From Minutocellus sp. GHC0000111 (lineage: Eukaryota), in contig OZ361256.1 of the NCBI GenBank assembly GCA_977018835.1, positions 2,976,001 through 3,040,000 on the forward strand: a DNA stretch of 64,000 bases, read 5' to 3'. A model generated the notes under the pieces. It did no database searches, was not told the DNA's origin, and was given only the letters and a program-made list of their open reading frames with translations. Position numbers and translations under genes: made by a program. Shown here piece after piece: positions 35,860 through 49,000 of the stretch; the stretch's first letter is position 1, and every line of letters starts with the position of its first letter.

Positions 35860-37130
35860 ATGCGCGCCTCCCTCCTCGCCGGTGCCATCGCGGCCATGGT
35901 GCGTTCGTGCTTGGAGTCTCGGATCGCTGTACTGGCCTCATTGCGAGGAAAATTGGAATGTAGAAAGTCGGCACATGATGTGCTGGAAACGGAGTGCAGG
36001 TCCGATGGATCGGCTGCCGCGGGATGATGTGTTGAAGTTGGGTCACACTGCAAATATCGGTACCATATGAGGCCATCGAAGGCATCATCTTGGGATGTGG
36101 TTCATAACATTTTATCCATGCGGCATTGACCAGCTTGGGTGCGTTGTGGGTGCGCTGCGGTTGCTGGTAGAAAGGTCGGGGTTGGGTGTTCCAGCGGCTT
36201 GCTACCGCACGATTTTGTCGTCTGCCGACTGGTTCTGTGCGGCGACGGATACCGAAGGATAAGGAAACTCAGCCAGTGATCCATTTTCCTCATTTCGATT
36301 TAGTGAAGTGATACAAAATTTTCTCTCATCTAATGGTTACACCAAAGTCTCACGCTGTTTCCTCCTTCTCTCGATTGCCTCTCCCCACTGCAGCCCCGTC
36401 TTTCGTTCCCCGAACGAACAATGTTGTTGCTCCTATGCCCAAGTCGGTGACCTCTCTGGTTTCCCCCGCGGCTCGTCGGGCGACCTCCTCCGCCGGACCT
36501 CACCGCAACAATATCAAAATGATGCCCATTGGTGTCCCCAAGGTCGCCTACCGCGTCCCCGGATCCCAGGGTGCCGAGTGGGTCGACATCTACAACCGTC
36601 TGTATCGCGAGCGTATCATCTTCATCGGTTCCGAAATCGATGACGAGCTTGCCAACCAGGTCATCGGCGTTATGCTTTACCTCGATTCCGAGGACAGCGA
36701 CAAGCCCATCTACCTCTACATCAACAGCCCCGGTGGTTCCGTCATCTCCGGACTTGCCATCTACGACTGCATGCAGCACATCCAGTCCGAGGTTGTTACC
36801 ATCAATCTTGGTCTTGCCGCCTCGATGGGATCCTTCATCCTGGCCGCCGGATCAAAGGGCAAGCGCTTGGCGCTCCCTTCCTCGAGGATAATGATCCATC
36901 AGCCCATGGGCGGTGCCCAGGGCCAGGCCGAGGACATCAAGGTCGAGGCGGCTCAGATCATGCGCATCCGCGACAACATTGTCAAGATGTACAGCATGAT
37001 GACCGGTCAGACCACCGAGCAGATTACCAAGGATCTGGACCGTGATAACTTCCTCAGTGCCCAGGAGGTCGTTGAGTATGGATTGATCGATCGTGTTTTG
37101 GAGACCAAGGATGAGAACACTCAGTTCTAA
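35860..37130 (+). CDS. clpP: Plastid ClpP, copy 2
   Basis: Duplicate of 12810-14080. Confidence 0.92.
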
Positions 37131-37363
37131 TTTCCGTGGCGATTCTTGGTGTTGTATGTCATGTGGTTGACAGTGGTCATTAGAAATGGAATTAGAATGA
37201 AGGTGGGTATCTTTGCTTCGGATGCAATCCGATTTTTAGGTCTGGGGGAAATAACAAGATACTCATTTGTGCACGGCCTCTAAGAATTTAAATAACGAGT
37301 GCTTATCGTTGAGTTTAGTATATTAGTTTCGCAGCATGTATAAACCTCAGTCGGCTAGTCCTG

Positions 37364-39197
37364 TCACGCCAGCAAGCCAGCAATGGCAGCGCCGATAACT
37401 GGCGCATCCTCCACACCAACGCACTCGATGTGAAGTCCTCGATCCTTGGACATCTTCGACAAGCGCTTTTGGACCTTCTCCTTCAATCCAAAGGTCTTCC
37501 AGTACGTTGATCCGTCAATATTCACGCATACCGGGTGGGCCTTATCCTTGCCCTCGCCGCTCTTGACCACACCCGCCAAAATGTTTACAGATGTGAAGAG
37601 GGCGGCACGATCCACGACGGAGTTGTACACTGAGCGAAATGTTTTGGATGACATCGGCCCCTTCCTCGGAGAAGGCATCGGCATGTTCGGCCACGAGCTT
37701 ATGCAACAAGGCCAGCGTGATGGTACCCAAATACTCACCCGAGATAGTCTTCTCAAATACGTGGGTACCACTGCCTTGGGCCTGGAAATGCAGAGCAGAA
37801 AGATCCTCATCTTTTGGTTCATCAAGGCCTTTATCGAGCTCAACATCGATCGGACTGCGCTGGAATGCCGAGAAACCACCCGATTCGACATTGATCACCT
37901 GCGATGCGTTGGGGTCGATACCATCACCAAGCTTGGCAATGCCACCATTGGGCTGCACGTATGCTGTGTTGGTTCCGGTGCCTAAAATAAACCCAATGTA
38001 ACTGGAGGCATCCATCTCCTGACCCTTCGAAATGCCCGCTAGCAGACATGCGACGGTATCATTCAGGACAACCACCTTCTTGTTCTCGATTCCCTGTTCC
38101 TGGAGGGCATCCAACAACCCCCGTCCGACGTATGTATTTTCCATGTCGGGTATCTTGATCTCCTTGGTCCAATGTGTGAGTTTTCCGTCGATGTTCCCGT
38201 CGGCATCACTGGAGATCTTGGCAGGGTAGCTAAAGCAGAAGCCAATTCTATCGAACTTGTCGGCGTAGGGTGCCAACTTATCGACCAACACCTTGTAGAA
38301 GTCGGCCGGGGATATTTCGACATCATTTCCGGGAATATTGTTGTTGTACAGCTTGATACGGTCCTTGACCAGCAGCTTACCATTGTCGTCTGTCTTGACG
38401 ATGCATATTCTCAAATTGGTACCTCCTGCATCAATTACCGCAACGGACGAGCTGGGGGGCAGACTGGCGTTGGCCTCGACGAGCGATGGGATCATGGCTA
38501 ATGATGAGTTGGAATTGGGTTGCAACCCAGATTCCATCTCGGCAAGGAAGGCACCGAGGAGCTCATCGGGATTGTAGGCGTCGGAGCTGATCATCTTGTC
38601 GTGAAGCCAGGCTTGAAGGGCGGCAGCATCAAAGGTGGGAGATGAAGAAGATGTGGTGGCTTCTTCGTCAGCTTCATCATGTTTTTCTTCTCCATCAGCG
38701 TTTTCGTCTTCATCCTCGTCTTCATCATCATCGTCATCATCGTCGTCATCGTCCTCTCCAGGCTTGATGGCCCGATACATAAAGTCATCCCAGTCGAACT
38801 CTCGTTGTTCCTCCAAGCTGCTCTCTGCCGTGCCCTCAGTCTTCACCGATTCTTGCCATGCTGCCCCATGGAAAAGCAAAGCCGATGCAGCAAGAGCTGC
38901 CGCCGCCATTGCGTTTGTGGAGTTCTGACCATTCGTGGTGGTGAATTGCTTCAACTGCAGCCCACAATTATTACTGGCGGTTGGAATGATGCGGGACGAC
39001 GAGGGGGTGCTTAGTTTGCGTGCGGCTGGTCTCGATGCCGAAGACCACGCAAATCCGGGGGATTTGGCATGTGACGCTGCGACACTCTTGGGCGTTTGCG
39101 TACCGTTGGAAGCACCGCGGGAGGCCCGCAAGGCGGCGGCGGTAGCGGATCGAAGCATGGTTCGGCGGATCGGCACGAGGAATGAAGTGCGTATCAT
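37364..39197 (-). pseudogene. Hexokinase, copy 2 (same frame break)
   Basis: Duplicate of 14314-16147. Confidence 0.85.
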
Positions 39198-39543
39198 ATC
39201 CCATTTTCCACTGCACTGGTAAGCACGTTAAGGCATGAGGAAAAAATGGCACATCGATCATCATGATGGTGCTCACTTTGTGCCGTTGAACAAGATACGC
39301 CCGAAAGGGAGGCACCCAAGCAGGCAGCGCATCATAGAGCAGGTTGCTCGTCTATTGACCCGGGAACGCTATTTGTTTTGTAATCATCATCTTTCGTCGA
39401 CCGGTTTTGGCCCCAATGGCAAAGCTGATTGCAATCATATCTCGAGCAAACGAAGAATAAGCAAGCTTTGCCTTGATTGGCATGCGTATGCGGCAACCAG
39501 TCAACAGAGGCAACATAGAGCTTCGGAGGATAGAACGCGTATC

Positions 39544-40707
39544 ATGTCTGTTCATTGGGACGGCTCTGCTGCAATCCTCGCCCTCGTCCTGGCCGCCTGC
39601 ACTGCTTACCTGCTGCAGCAATGGGACTCCGACGAAAACTGGGCATTTAACCTCTTGATCATAATCCTGCCCCGACTCATCGAACCACCCGTGGAAGAGT
39701 ATCTGGACCAACCGATGGCAAAGCAAATGGTCAAGATTCAACGAATGCGCAATCAGATGGAGATGCTAGTTGCAAATGAGCATTCGCTTCGTTTTGCGAT
39801 GGGTGATGCCATTGCGGCTGCATCGTATGGACCAAATGCAACTCGAGTAGAAACGCTGCAGATGAAGGGATTGTCCTCGAGTCACCAGTCGATTGAGGTT
39901 GTTTGCGCCTGTCCGCATGGCGCCACTGAAGACGAAGTCCTGCCGCTCATCTTTTTCTTTCATTCGGGTGGGTTGATTGTCGGCTCGGTCAATGCCGAAC
40001 TGCACAAGGCAAGACATTTGGCCCAAGAATCCAAGTCGGTTGTTTGCTCGTTCGAATATCGATTGGCTCCCGAGCATCCCTACCCTGCTGGGCTAGATGA
40101 TTGTGTGGAAACATCCCTCGCCATATTGGTTGATGGCGGTAGGAGGAATCAAATTGCCAATGCCCTGAACATCGGCGGTGTCGATACCAACAAGGTTGCA
40201 ACCTTTGGACTCAGTGCGGGTGGATATTTATCCGCTCACGTGGCACGAGAGCTCACAGCAGCTGGCCACAATCTTGCCTTGCAAGTATCGCTGGTTCCCA
40301 TGGTCCAACCGCATGGTGGAGGTACTCTTTCTATGTTTCGACACTGGTATGCTCCGATGTGGAATGGTCTGCTGAATCTATGGGCGTGGTCTTTGTTTCT
40401 GTCGGAAGATGTTGACGGAACACTTGCGAATCATCATCGAGTCAATCTGCTGGTCGATCCACCCGACGAGGATGTTGTTGGACGTCTCCCCCCGACATAC
40501 ATTCAAATCAACACCAAGGATGTGTTGCGAGATGAAGGCGAACGCTATGCCAATCGTTTGAAAGAGCAAGGCAAACTGCTGCAGTTGGACGAATACAATA
40601 CAAATCATGTCGGTGGTGCTCTCCCTGGTTTGGCGAGTGGTGGTCCTGGAGCAAACGCTTTTGACGATGCCGTGAATGTCGTTGTTGAGCATTTTAGACG
40701 ATCTTAA
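39544..40707 (+). CDS. HSL-family esterase, copy 2
   Basis: Duplicate of 16494-17657. Confidence 0.88.
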   Translation: MSVHWDGSAAILALVLAACTAYLLQQWDSDENWAFNLLIIILPRLIEPPVEEYLDQPMAKQMVKIQRMRNQMEMLVANEHSLRFAMGDAIAAASYGPNATRVETLQMKGLSSSHQSIEVVCACPHGATEDEVLPLIFFFHSGGLIVGSVNAELHKARHLAQESKSVVCSFEYRLAPEHPYPAGLDDCVETSLAILVDGGRRNQIANALNIGGVDTNKVATFGLSAGGYLSAHVARELTAAGHNLALQVSLVPMVQPHGGGTLSMFRHWYAPMWNGLLNLWAWSLFLSEDVDGTLANHHRVNLLVDPPDEDVVGRLPPTYIQINTKDVLRDEGERYANRLKEQGKLLQLDEYNTNHVGGALPGLASGGPGANAFDDAVNVVVEHFRRS

Positions 40708-40728
40708 CTTAATCTTATTGTACCAATT

Positions 40729-41466
40729 TCATGCAGTGTTACTGCTATTCTTCATCCTCATCGCCACCAACCGTCTTCTCCCAACACTCTTCACCGATGT
40801 AATACAAGCAAACGCCAGCGTTATGATGCTGCTCACAAATGCCGATATGTACAGCGCCGAGTTGCACTGCCCCTCCCCCTCCATCCCCATCATCGGCCAA
40901 TTGCCAAACGTCAGAACAGCTCCCCATATCGCTACAGCTACCACCACCACGCTCAAAAAGTCGTGCACAACAAGAGCCGGGCTGGCAAGGTATCCATCGT
41001 TGGCCTTGCCATCTCCGTTCTCTCTCAGACGTTCGACGCGCCAGGCAAAGGCCGCGGTGGCAAGGAGTAGGTCGAATATTCCGGCAAGTGCCACGTTGGC
41101 GTTGAGACTGGGAATGACATCACAATCAAACCACGTTGCAAATGCGATGGCAATCAAGACGATGGCGAGGATGGTCTCAAAGATGAGATGGTACCACTCC
41201 GAGCTGGTCCGACCGAGATATTCGGCCTCGTCGTCTGCTTTTGCACTTGAGGTCTTTTCGGCACCCACCACACTGGCCTTGACGCTGGCACCGAGTCTAC
41301 TTATGCTCATGGACCTTTCTGGGTCAAGCTTGATGGACGAGAAGGGCTCGCGATGACTTGCGGTGCCCGCCTCTGCATCATCGGCGGCGAGACTTGTGCC
41401 TATCTCATCCTCAAGACGGCGGGCGGCCGCCGCTCGGATGGAGGCGGTTACGTTGGGGTCGGCCAT
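40729..41466 (-). CDS. Four-TM membrane protein, copy 2
   Basis: Duplicate of 17679-18416. Confidence 0.6.
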   Translation of the reverse strand: MADPNVTASIRAAAARRLEDEIGTSLAADDAEAGTASHREPFSSIKLDPERSMSISRLGASVKASVVGAEKTSSAKADDEAEYLGRTSSEWYHLIFETILAIVLIAIAFATWFDCDVIPSLNANVALAGIFDLLLATAAFAWRVERLRENGDGKANDGYLASPALVVHDFLSVVVVAVAIWGAVLTFGNWPMMGMEGEGQCNSALYISAFVSSIITLAFACITSVKSVGRRRLVAMRMKNSSNTA

Positions 41467-41783
41467 GGCGTTGGGTTGATTGATTATTGTTTCTCCTCTT
41501 TTAAGTAAGGAATTGCCCGTCAGTTATGGCGTTAGATTGATTGATGAATGGTTCGGGGGGCGCGGAAATAATATGCGATCTTTCGGCCCGCAAAGATGCA
41601 TCGCCCGCGATCTTTCTTGCCGTCTGACATCTGATTTGCACGTCGACCTCTGTCGCATCTCAAAACCTGAACCGGAACCCGGCCGCCATAAGATTTCGCT
41701 CTGCGATTTCTGATTTCATTCTTCTCCGAGAAGATCTTATGCCCCCAATCGAATCCAATTTCCATCACTGACTGACCAACAAG

Positions 41784-42793
41784 ATGAAGCTCTCCAACCC
41801 TCTCTTCGCCGCCCTCGCGTGCTCTACCGGCGCCTCGGCCTTTATCAACGGCAATCCCAGCAAGCTCACCCCTCCCGGCGTCGTAGAGGGATTGCACAAC
41901 GCACGAGTCGACACGACCGACGCCATCCAGGAGGCCATGGCGGCCAGCAAGAAGTTCGGACCGACGTCGAAGGAGGCACGGGTGGCGTGGGAGGCAGTGG
42001 AGGAGATGGACGCGAGTGACAACAGGTGAGTGCCCCTTTCGTCGCTGCACTTGGTGTTGAGCTTAGTGAAGGTGACTTCTATGTTGATCTACAAGCGAAG
42101 TGTAGCAATTGATGTCAATCGAAAGAACACGAAATCCCGAACCCTATGGAGGATTCTCGATTGATTTGACTTGCACACTGATTGTTTACTTTGAGCCATC
42201 TTATGCTTACCATGTCTGTTGCCTACACATAAATTCTTTCCTTACGTGATACTCCAATGTATTCACTCGACCAATGGGACGACTTTGATCTGCCCGTTCA
42301 CTCATGCCCATCCACATCACATCAATCACATCCCATACATGCATTTCACAGCGTCGCTACCAAGGGTTCCCTGGATTACGAATGTGCCACCGACGACGAG
42401 CAGGCCTGCAAGGAATACGAACAGCGCCTCAAGGGGTTGTCGGAACTTTTACGTGTGAATCAGCCCAAGCTGGAATCCATGCGATCACTCCTGGTGTCCG
42501 AGATTGAACAGATCAAGATGGTCGATCCCAAGTCGGCCTCGGGCAAAGATTCACCTCAGCTTCGAAAGGCGCTGGCAGATGCCAAGAAGATATCGGAGGA
42601 GAAGGGTGCCACGTCCAAGGAGGCGGCCATTGCATGGGATATCGTCGAGGAGATTGCGGCTGCGGGTACTGGGAGTGCCACCGGCATCAGTTTGGAGGAT
42701 GAGTGCTTGGTCGAAACTGCCATGGAAGCATGCCAGGCCCTGGAAGAGCTGAATCGCGTGATGGAAACACGTTATCAGAAAGCAAATTCATAG
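41784..42793 (+). CDS. CP12: CP12-domain protein, copy 2; intron 42026-42351
   Basis: Duplicate of 18734-19743. Confidence 0.85.
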
Positions 42794-44180
42794 GAGTCAA
42801 CAATTTTTGACCGACGCTACAATGGACTTGTTGAATTTACAGTTGCAGAGTCCGTTTTATCCAATATGTCATGTCAGCAGGCGCGAAATGAAAACAAAGA
42901 ATTGCTGTCCGTCCAAACGGTAAATTAAAAGTAGGCCTAGCTAGAGAGTGCTCTTGCGTTCATACATGTACGACAGTTTTCTACATAGATGTTTATAGGA
43001 TCCACATAATCAGGCAAGTTCATACACGTACATGTGCCGCATTTATCACCATGGAGTGATGTCATTTTCATTGTGGAACTAATTCGCCACAGGGGTGGCA
43101 GCAGGTCTATCACTTCGTAAGCGTTTAGTCAGAATTGTTATCATGGGATGGTCTGCAGAATATTATAAAGCGAGCCTAAAAGAGAAAGTTAGCCTAATGT
43201 ATAGGCCAACTTACACCAAGGCTGCAATACCATAATAAAAGTCCAGCTTATGGGGGCAAATGATGTCTCCCACGTCGTAGCTTGAGCTTTCTTTTTCTCA
43301 CGCCACATAAGCACAACAACATCCGGGAAAAGGCTACCTACATGTAGTGGCTACGTATGGACTGATGTCATTTTTTCAGTCAGCAAATTTCCATACAAAT
43401 CTGAAAAGTGAGCCTACATAGCTAGTAACCCAGCCTACCTCCTTGCTGATGATGTCAGCAGTTTGCTGTAATTTGAGCTGTCTTTAATCGCCGCACAACA
43501 ACACCGCGCGGAATCTATCTGGAACCAGGCCTACTTACTTCCCGTCTATCTTTACTCGCATGCCTTTCATTTTCAATGCCACATCATCAATAGAAAACTG
43601 AATCTATCCCCTTCCGGCCTCCAATACATACCTTTGAAAATGCGCACACCTCGCTCCACTGGGCTTTTGAATGATATCGAATCGTCGCCCGCCAGGAGTG
43701 GCGGGATATCCTACGAAGTTTCTTCTCTGGCCTATTTTTCCGAACTACTCGATGGGCTCAATGAATTGGGACAGGAACTTGAAGGCGAAGATGATGCCAC
43801 CACCATTCACGTTCACGAAATGAGTGTTCGGTCCCGCATCGAAAGTCGACTGACCAATATGTACATTAAACGAGGTCAGCTTGAGAGGGAAGAAGTCATC
43901 GTAGGCGACGAAGCAAACAATGAGAGACAGCCCCTAAGATCTCCTCGTACACGTAGAATCTTTTCCTTTCCGTCACGTCGTGCTCGCACATTCACTCCAG
44001 CAGATACCCGGTCTACATCATCTAGGGCCGATTCTTCCCGTACTGGTGACACCTCCAGGGCTGCCCGTGGTGCATAGGTAGAAAAACGGTATGCATCTAA
44101 AAAGCATAGCAACGGGGGGAAGCCAAAGCCTTCCTCGTCATAAACCAGCCTATTTTTAACACGAAACCAATGTGTCACCG

Positions 44181-45169
44181 CTATGACATCTTTGGCCATG
44201 ACGCAATTTGGGCCGCAATCAGCTCGTCGTTCTTCACCTTGCATTGATTCGGCGTCCTGCTTCGAACGTATGCCGCCACCTTCTTCCATTGATACCGATG
44301 AGTATTGATGCCCTCTGCCAGACGTTTCAATTCGTCGTCTCTCCAACGCCCAATGTTGATTATTGGGGTTATTGGAGGCGCCGGTGAGGTATGCTGACTT
44401 TCGTCCGACTTCCTCGTCCTCTTTGATCGACCTGCTGATGCCCGTTCCGCTTCCAGTTTCATGGCACCCCTTATGGCGCTGCTGTTACCGTTCTCGTGCT
44501 TCGCCGCCCTCATGGGAGTTATTCGTTTCGTGGGACTTTTATGCCGTCCGGGGCTTGTGTTGGGTTTGGCGTTTTTGGGTGAGGTTTTAGCAGATGCGCA
44601 CTCCCCACCTTCCTCCACCAATGGTGCAATCGTTCGCTGCGTTGTATACTTGCCCATTGATCCATCGATGCCACATTCCTCCCCTGCATTCTTTCCCGAT
44701 GAGCAAGTGCTAGTATTGTCATCATTGTTGCCGCCGCTGCTATTACGTGTAGTAGTAGGTGGCGCCTCGACGACGACGCCAGCCTGGTGTGGGATGTGAT
44801 CGACCCAAAAGAACCCCGGGTAGGAAATAACGACAGATCGATGCTGTCGTTGGCATTGTTGTCATCAGAGTCGGACATGCGCTGTTTCTTCTTTTTGCAA
44901 GACTTGGTATTCTTCGATTCGCCCCTTGCTGCTGCAGATGCCATCTCTTCTGCTTCCGCTTCTGCTGCCGCTTCCTCCGCCGCCTCCATTTCTTTTGCCC
45001 TCGCTAATGCCACCTCCCTCCTCCGTTGCCGTATGGTTCTGCCGTCCAACGCCTCTTCTTCCGCGGCGCACCGCCGACATATGCGCCGGCGGTCGTCGAT
45101 GGCCGACGTGCGGGATGCCGTCCGAGGCTTGCCGTTGGACAGCTGACATCCGTTGGAGCAGACCTGCAT
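44181..45169 (-). pseudogene. Myb/SANT protein, copy 2 (D versus E difference)
   Basis: Duplicate of 21131-22119 with a SNP at 44400. Confidence 0.65.
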
Positions 45170-46068
45170 GGTAGGGTATGGTGTGGCGTTGTGTGGTATG
45201 TTGCGGTAGTTTCCAGTATTATTTGGCGCTACATACAGTCAGTGCTGCAGAGGCAACATGGCTGATCATTCTTATCTTCCGCCTGCTGTTGCCGCCGGTG
45301 ACAAAAAAGTAGGACATGAGGGCTTTTCGACGGACACAAATTCACGCTTTCTTTCTGATGCTATCCACCGTAAGCTGTTATCGAACGGGAATCATGACGT
45401 CAGATTTTCTCAGGGCACTATGCCGGCCACGTCATGTTCCTCGTCAGCCCCGCCATGGAACCCGCCACGCTACACGCCAATTTCGGACGCTTTCTTCCTG
45501 CTGCTGCTGCATGCTGCATGCTGCAGGCTGCAGGCTGCATGCTGCACATCGTCATCGGACCACCCATCCGATTCGATTCGATTGCTTCGCCGCTCTGTTC
45601 GCCGCCACCCGTCAAGACACCCTCCCGTTCCGTCTGACTCAGCTGCCCGGCCTGGGTCGACTTCGCTTCTTGTGACTCGACTTGACTTGTCTTCGCTGGA
45701 ATACTGCTACTACGTAGCTAGCTAGCTCTAGAGTAGAAGTACAGCAAATAACAATTCCCATTCCAGTGTGGAATTGAGTGCATCGGTTTGCGATACGTGT
45801 AGACTTTTTGGCGGTGCGTTGCCAAACACACAGCCCACCGTTCCTACGGACCCATCTTATCTGGTGCCAATTGTCCTCTTCCCGCAGAGGGTTGTGCCGC
45901 GAACGGGTGGTTGTTTTTCTTGGGTGGGTTGCGGGTCGGCTTTTCGCTGGACCTTGATCACAGACTGAAAAACAACAACCACAGCCAAGTCCCCACTGCA
46001 CTCCGAAACCAAAACCAAAACCCAGAAAACGACAACCATCAACAATCCCCCAAAACCCAGCCCAGCCC

Positions 46069-49000
46069 ATGCCAACCTTTGTCGATCCCACCCCTGTCCC
46101 TTTGTCGTCCCCCTCCCCCTCCGCCAACCTCGCCCCAACCCTGATCCCCTCTTCCCTTTTAACCCCGCACGACGTTTTGTCGGGCCGGGGACCCCGCATC
46201 CAGAACCATCCCGGCAATCGGCTCTTTCGGACCATCGTCGCCTCCCGCCAGTACGACTATCTGAACGCCGCGCGACACAAGGACAAGCAGGTCATTGCCC
46301 AGGAGATTGTCGACTATGTGCGCGGGAGGGCCGGGATGGTCTACACGCTGGGCAATGGGGTGACCGGCGGCAATGGTAATGATGGAGGTGGTGGAGAGAA
46401 AAAGAAGGGCCGGGGGGAGGTGGTCGTCGCCGTGGAGGGAATGGGCTCCGGGAGACTCCATCCCCCCGGACGATTCTTGGAGCTCGTCGTCGAGCCGAAA
46501 AGGGCCGGCAAGGGCGGACGACAGTCCTCTACCGCTTCAACTGCCAAGGGCAAGAAGAAGGGCGGCGGCAACTCCTCGGACACCAACGCACAGGCAGCCG
46601 CTGACGCCCAAGCTGCCAACGACCACGCCGCAATCTTCCACGCCATCCGCACGCAGGGGACGCGCAAGGGCCACACCGAGGCGATCGTCGCCCATCCCGA
46701 CCTGTGGCGGCCGATGAGCGACGCCGCGGCGTGCGAAAAAGTCAAGCAGGCCTTTCGGAATTTGTCCAAGGGGCTCATCAGCGATCCCAAGGTGCAGAGT
46801 GCCTTCGTGGTGGGCAATGGGGGTGTTGTTGGTGTGAGTGGAGGTGGTGTTGGTGTGAGTGGAGGTGGTGTGAGTGGAGGTGGTCGGAGCGTGAGCAGCG
46901 GCGGAGGGAGCAAACGGAGTGCCGCCGGCAGCAATAGCGGCGGTGGTAGGGGACGGAGACGAAGTTCCAACGAGAGATGACCGGCGGCGGCGGCGGTGGT
47001 GGACGCGGAAATATTGGCAACGGATCTGCCGGCAGCAGCTATGGACGACGGGTGGTGGCCGGCCCGGCCGCCCGGCGCCAACAGCAATTGCATGCCCACC
47101 AATCCGGCACCGTCGATGCCGTGGGAGGTGGGTATCTCGCCGTTTCCACCGGCGATTACGGCGCGGCGGCCGTCGGGGCCATGGGCATCGCCGCTTCCGC
47201 GGCAGCTGCCTCAGGATCGAATGCTGGTGGTATATCTGGAATTGATGGTGGTACGTCCGCTGGTTCCGGTGCAAATCATCCAGGTGCAACCAGCGGTGCA
47301 GCAGCGTACGCGTCCTACCCGCCCGTGGCCCTCCAATCGCCGGGACTTTCGGCCATGCTGGCATCAACTGGCGATGACGATATCCACATGGCCGGGATCA
47401 ACCTCGACGACTTTGACGCCAACTTTGGCAGCCTCGAGGATTTGGCCGAGAGCTTGGAGATGTTGGAAGGAGGAGGAGGAGGGGGGCAGGTGCAAGAGCA
47501 AGAGCAGCAGTCAGTTGTCGATGGTACTGGTGCCGTTGGTACTGCGGGCGATGGTGCAACGAATAGTAATGGCGGCACCGGCACCAGCACCAGCTCTCGG
47601 AGGTCGTCCGGCTCCCCACTCGTTGCGGCTCTGGCCATGAGCGGTGCCGACTTTGAGCCCAACCCGATCAATTACGCGCTGCCACTGCCGGCATCGTCCC
47701 CAGCATCGGCAACGGCAATGACATCGTCCTCGTCGGCGCCACCGTCAACCGCACCGTCCCCTTCTGCCATTGCCACATCCTCTCCAATGTCTCCTCCGTC
47801 GGGATCATCGTCGTGTCCGTCGTCGCCAAATCCCAAGGATACCATCCTCGGCACCCTGCGGCAGTGCCTGGAGATGACCCGACGGGTCAAGGCCTGCCAT
47901 GCCTCCGGTCGGACCATGTGGCCTCAGGCGTCGTCATCAGCTCAAGGGATGCCACAGATGCAACGGCACGACCTGGTCAAGCTTGGCGAGATTATGTACA
48001 AGACATTTGCGGGGGACGACCCGGTCCGACGGTCATCGTCATCTTCAGAGGATGTCACTGGGGAGCCGTCTGCGGCGGTTGGTAGCAACGGTGCCGGCCC
48101 ATCCAAGCGCCGCTCGTTGGGAGCCCTCGATTCCGGCAAGGATGCATCCCCGGACGGCTCATACGTGCCCCTCCGCGACGTGGGCTTCCCGACGTCCTTG
48201 TGCATATGCGTTAGCAGCCTGCTCGATGCGGCGAACGAGCAATGTCCGGACAGATATGTTGCCATCAATGAGGTCGAGGCCGACCTGGTTCTCATGACGG
48301 GTAAGCCGGATCGATATCTGTTTGATCCAAAACCAACGTCGTTGACTCCAGCGAGCGCACCGTCGGTGCCCATGTCTGCCGCATCAATCGTAAACGGCGC
48401 GATCGATAGCAGCCGGTTGTCCTTCCCAACCAACAAGTTGTATGGTCGCGATCAGCAACTTGCCGAGCTCCTTCATATCTTTCAGCATGTGCTCGTGGAG
48501 GGTGGGCAGCGGGAATTCATCACCCTCACCGGCTATGCAGGAACCGGCAAGACGGCATTGGTTGAACAGCTGCGCAAACCATTGGCTTCGATGAGCGGGA
48601 ACTTCATCTGCTGCAAATTCGACAAGCTCAAAAACACTCAGCCCATGCAGGTTATTTTCAATGCCTTTGATGCCTACTGCAAGGAAATTGCCGGTATCGG
48701 AGGCTGTTCGCGCAAAACTCCGGAAATTCCCGACATGCCCTGCTACTGCCACGTTCGAGAAGCCGTCCAAAAGACCCTCGGAAGCAACATCAGCGTGCTG
48801 ACCGATTTGATGCCCAATATGAGACATTTGGTGGATGACAAGGTGATGGCTTCCGGTTCAACAGATCTTCCCGGCGTCGAGGCTCTCAATCGTTTCATTT
48901 ATTTCTTCCGCATGTTCATTAGAGCCATCGCATCGACCAAGACCCCGCTAGTACTATTTTTGGACGATCTTCAGTGGGCCGATGCTGCTGCGCTAGAGCT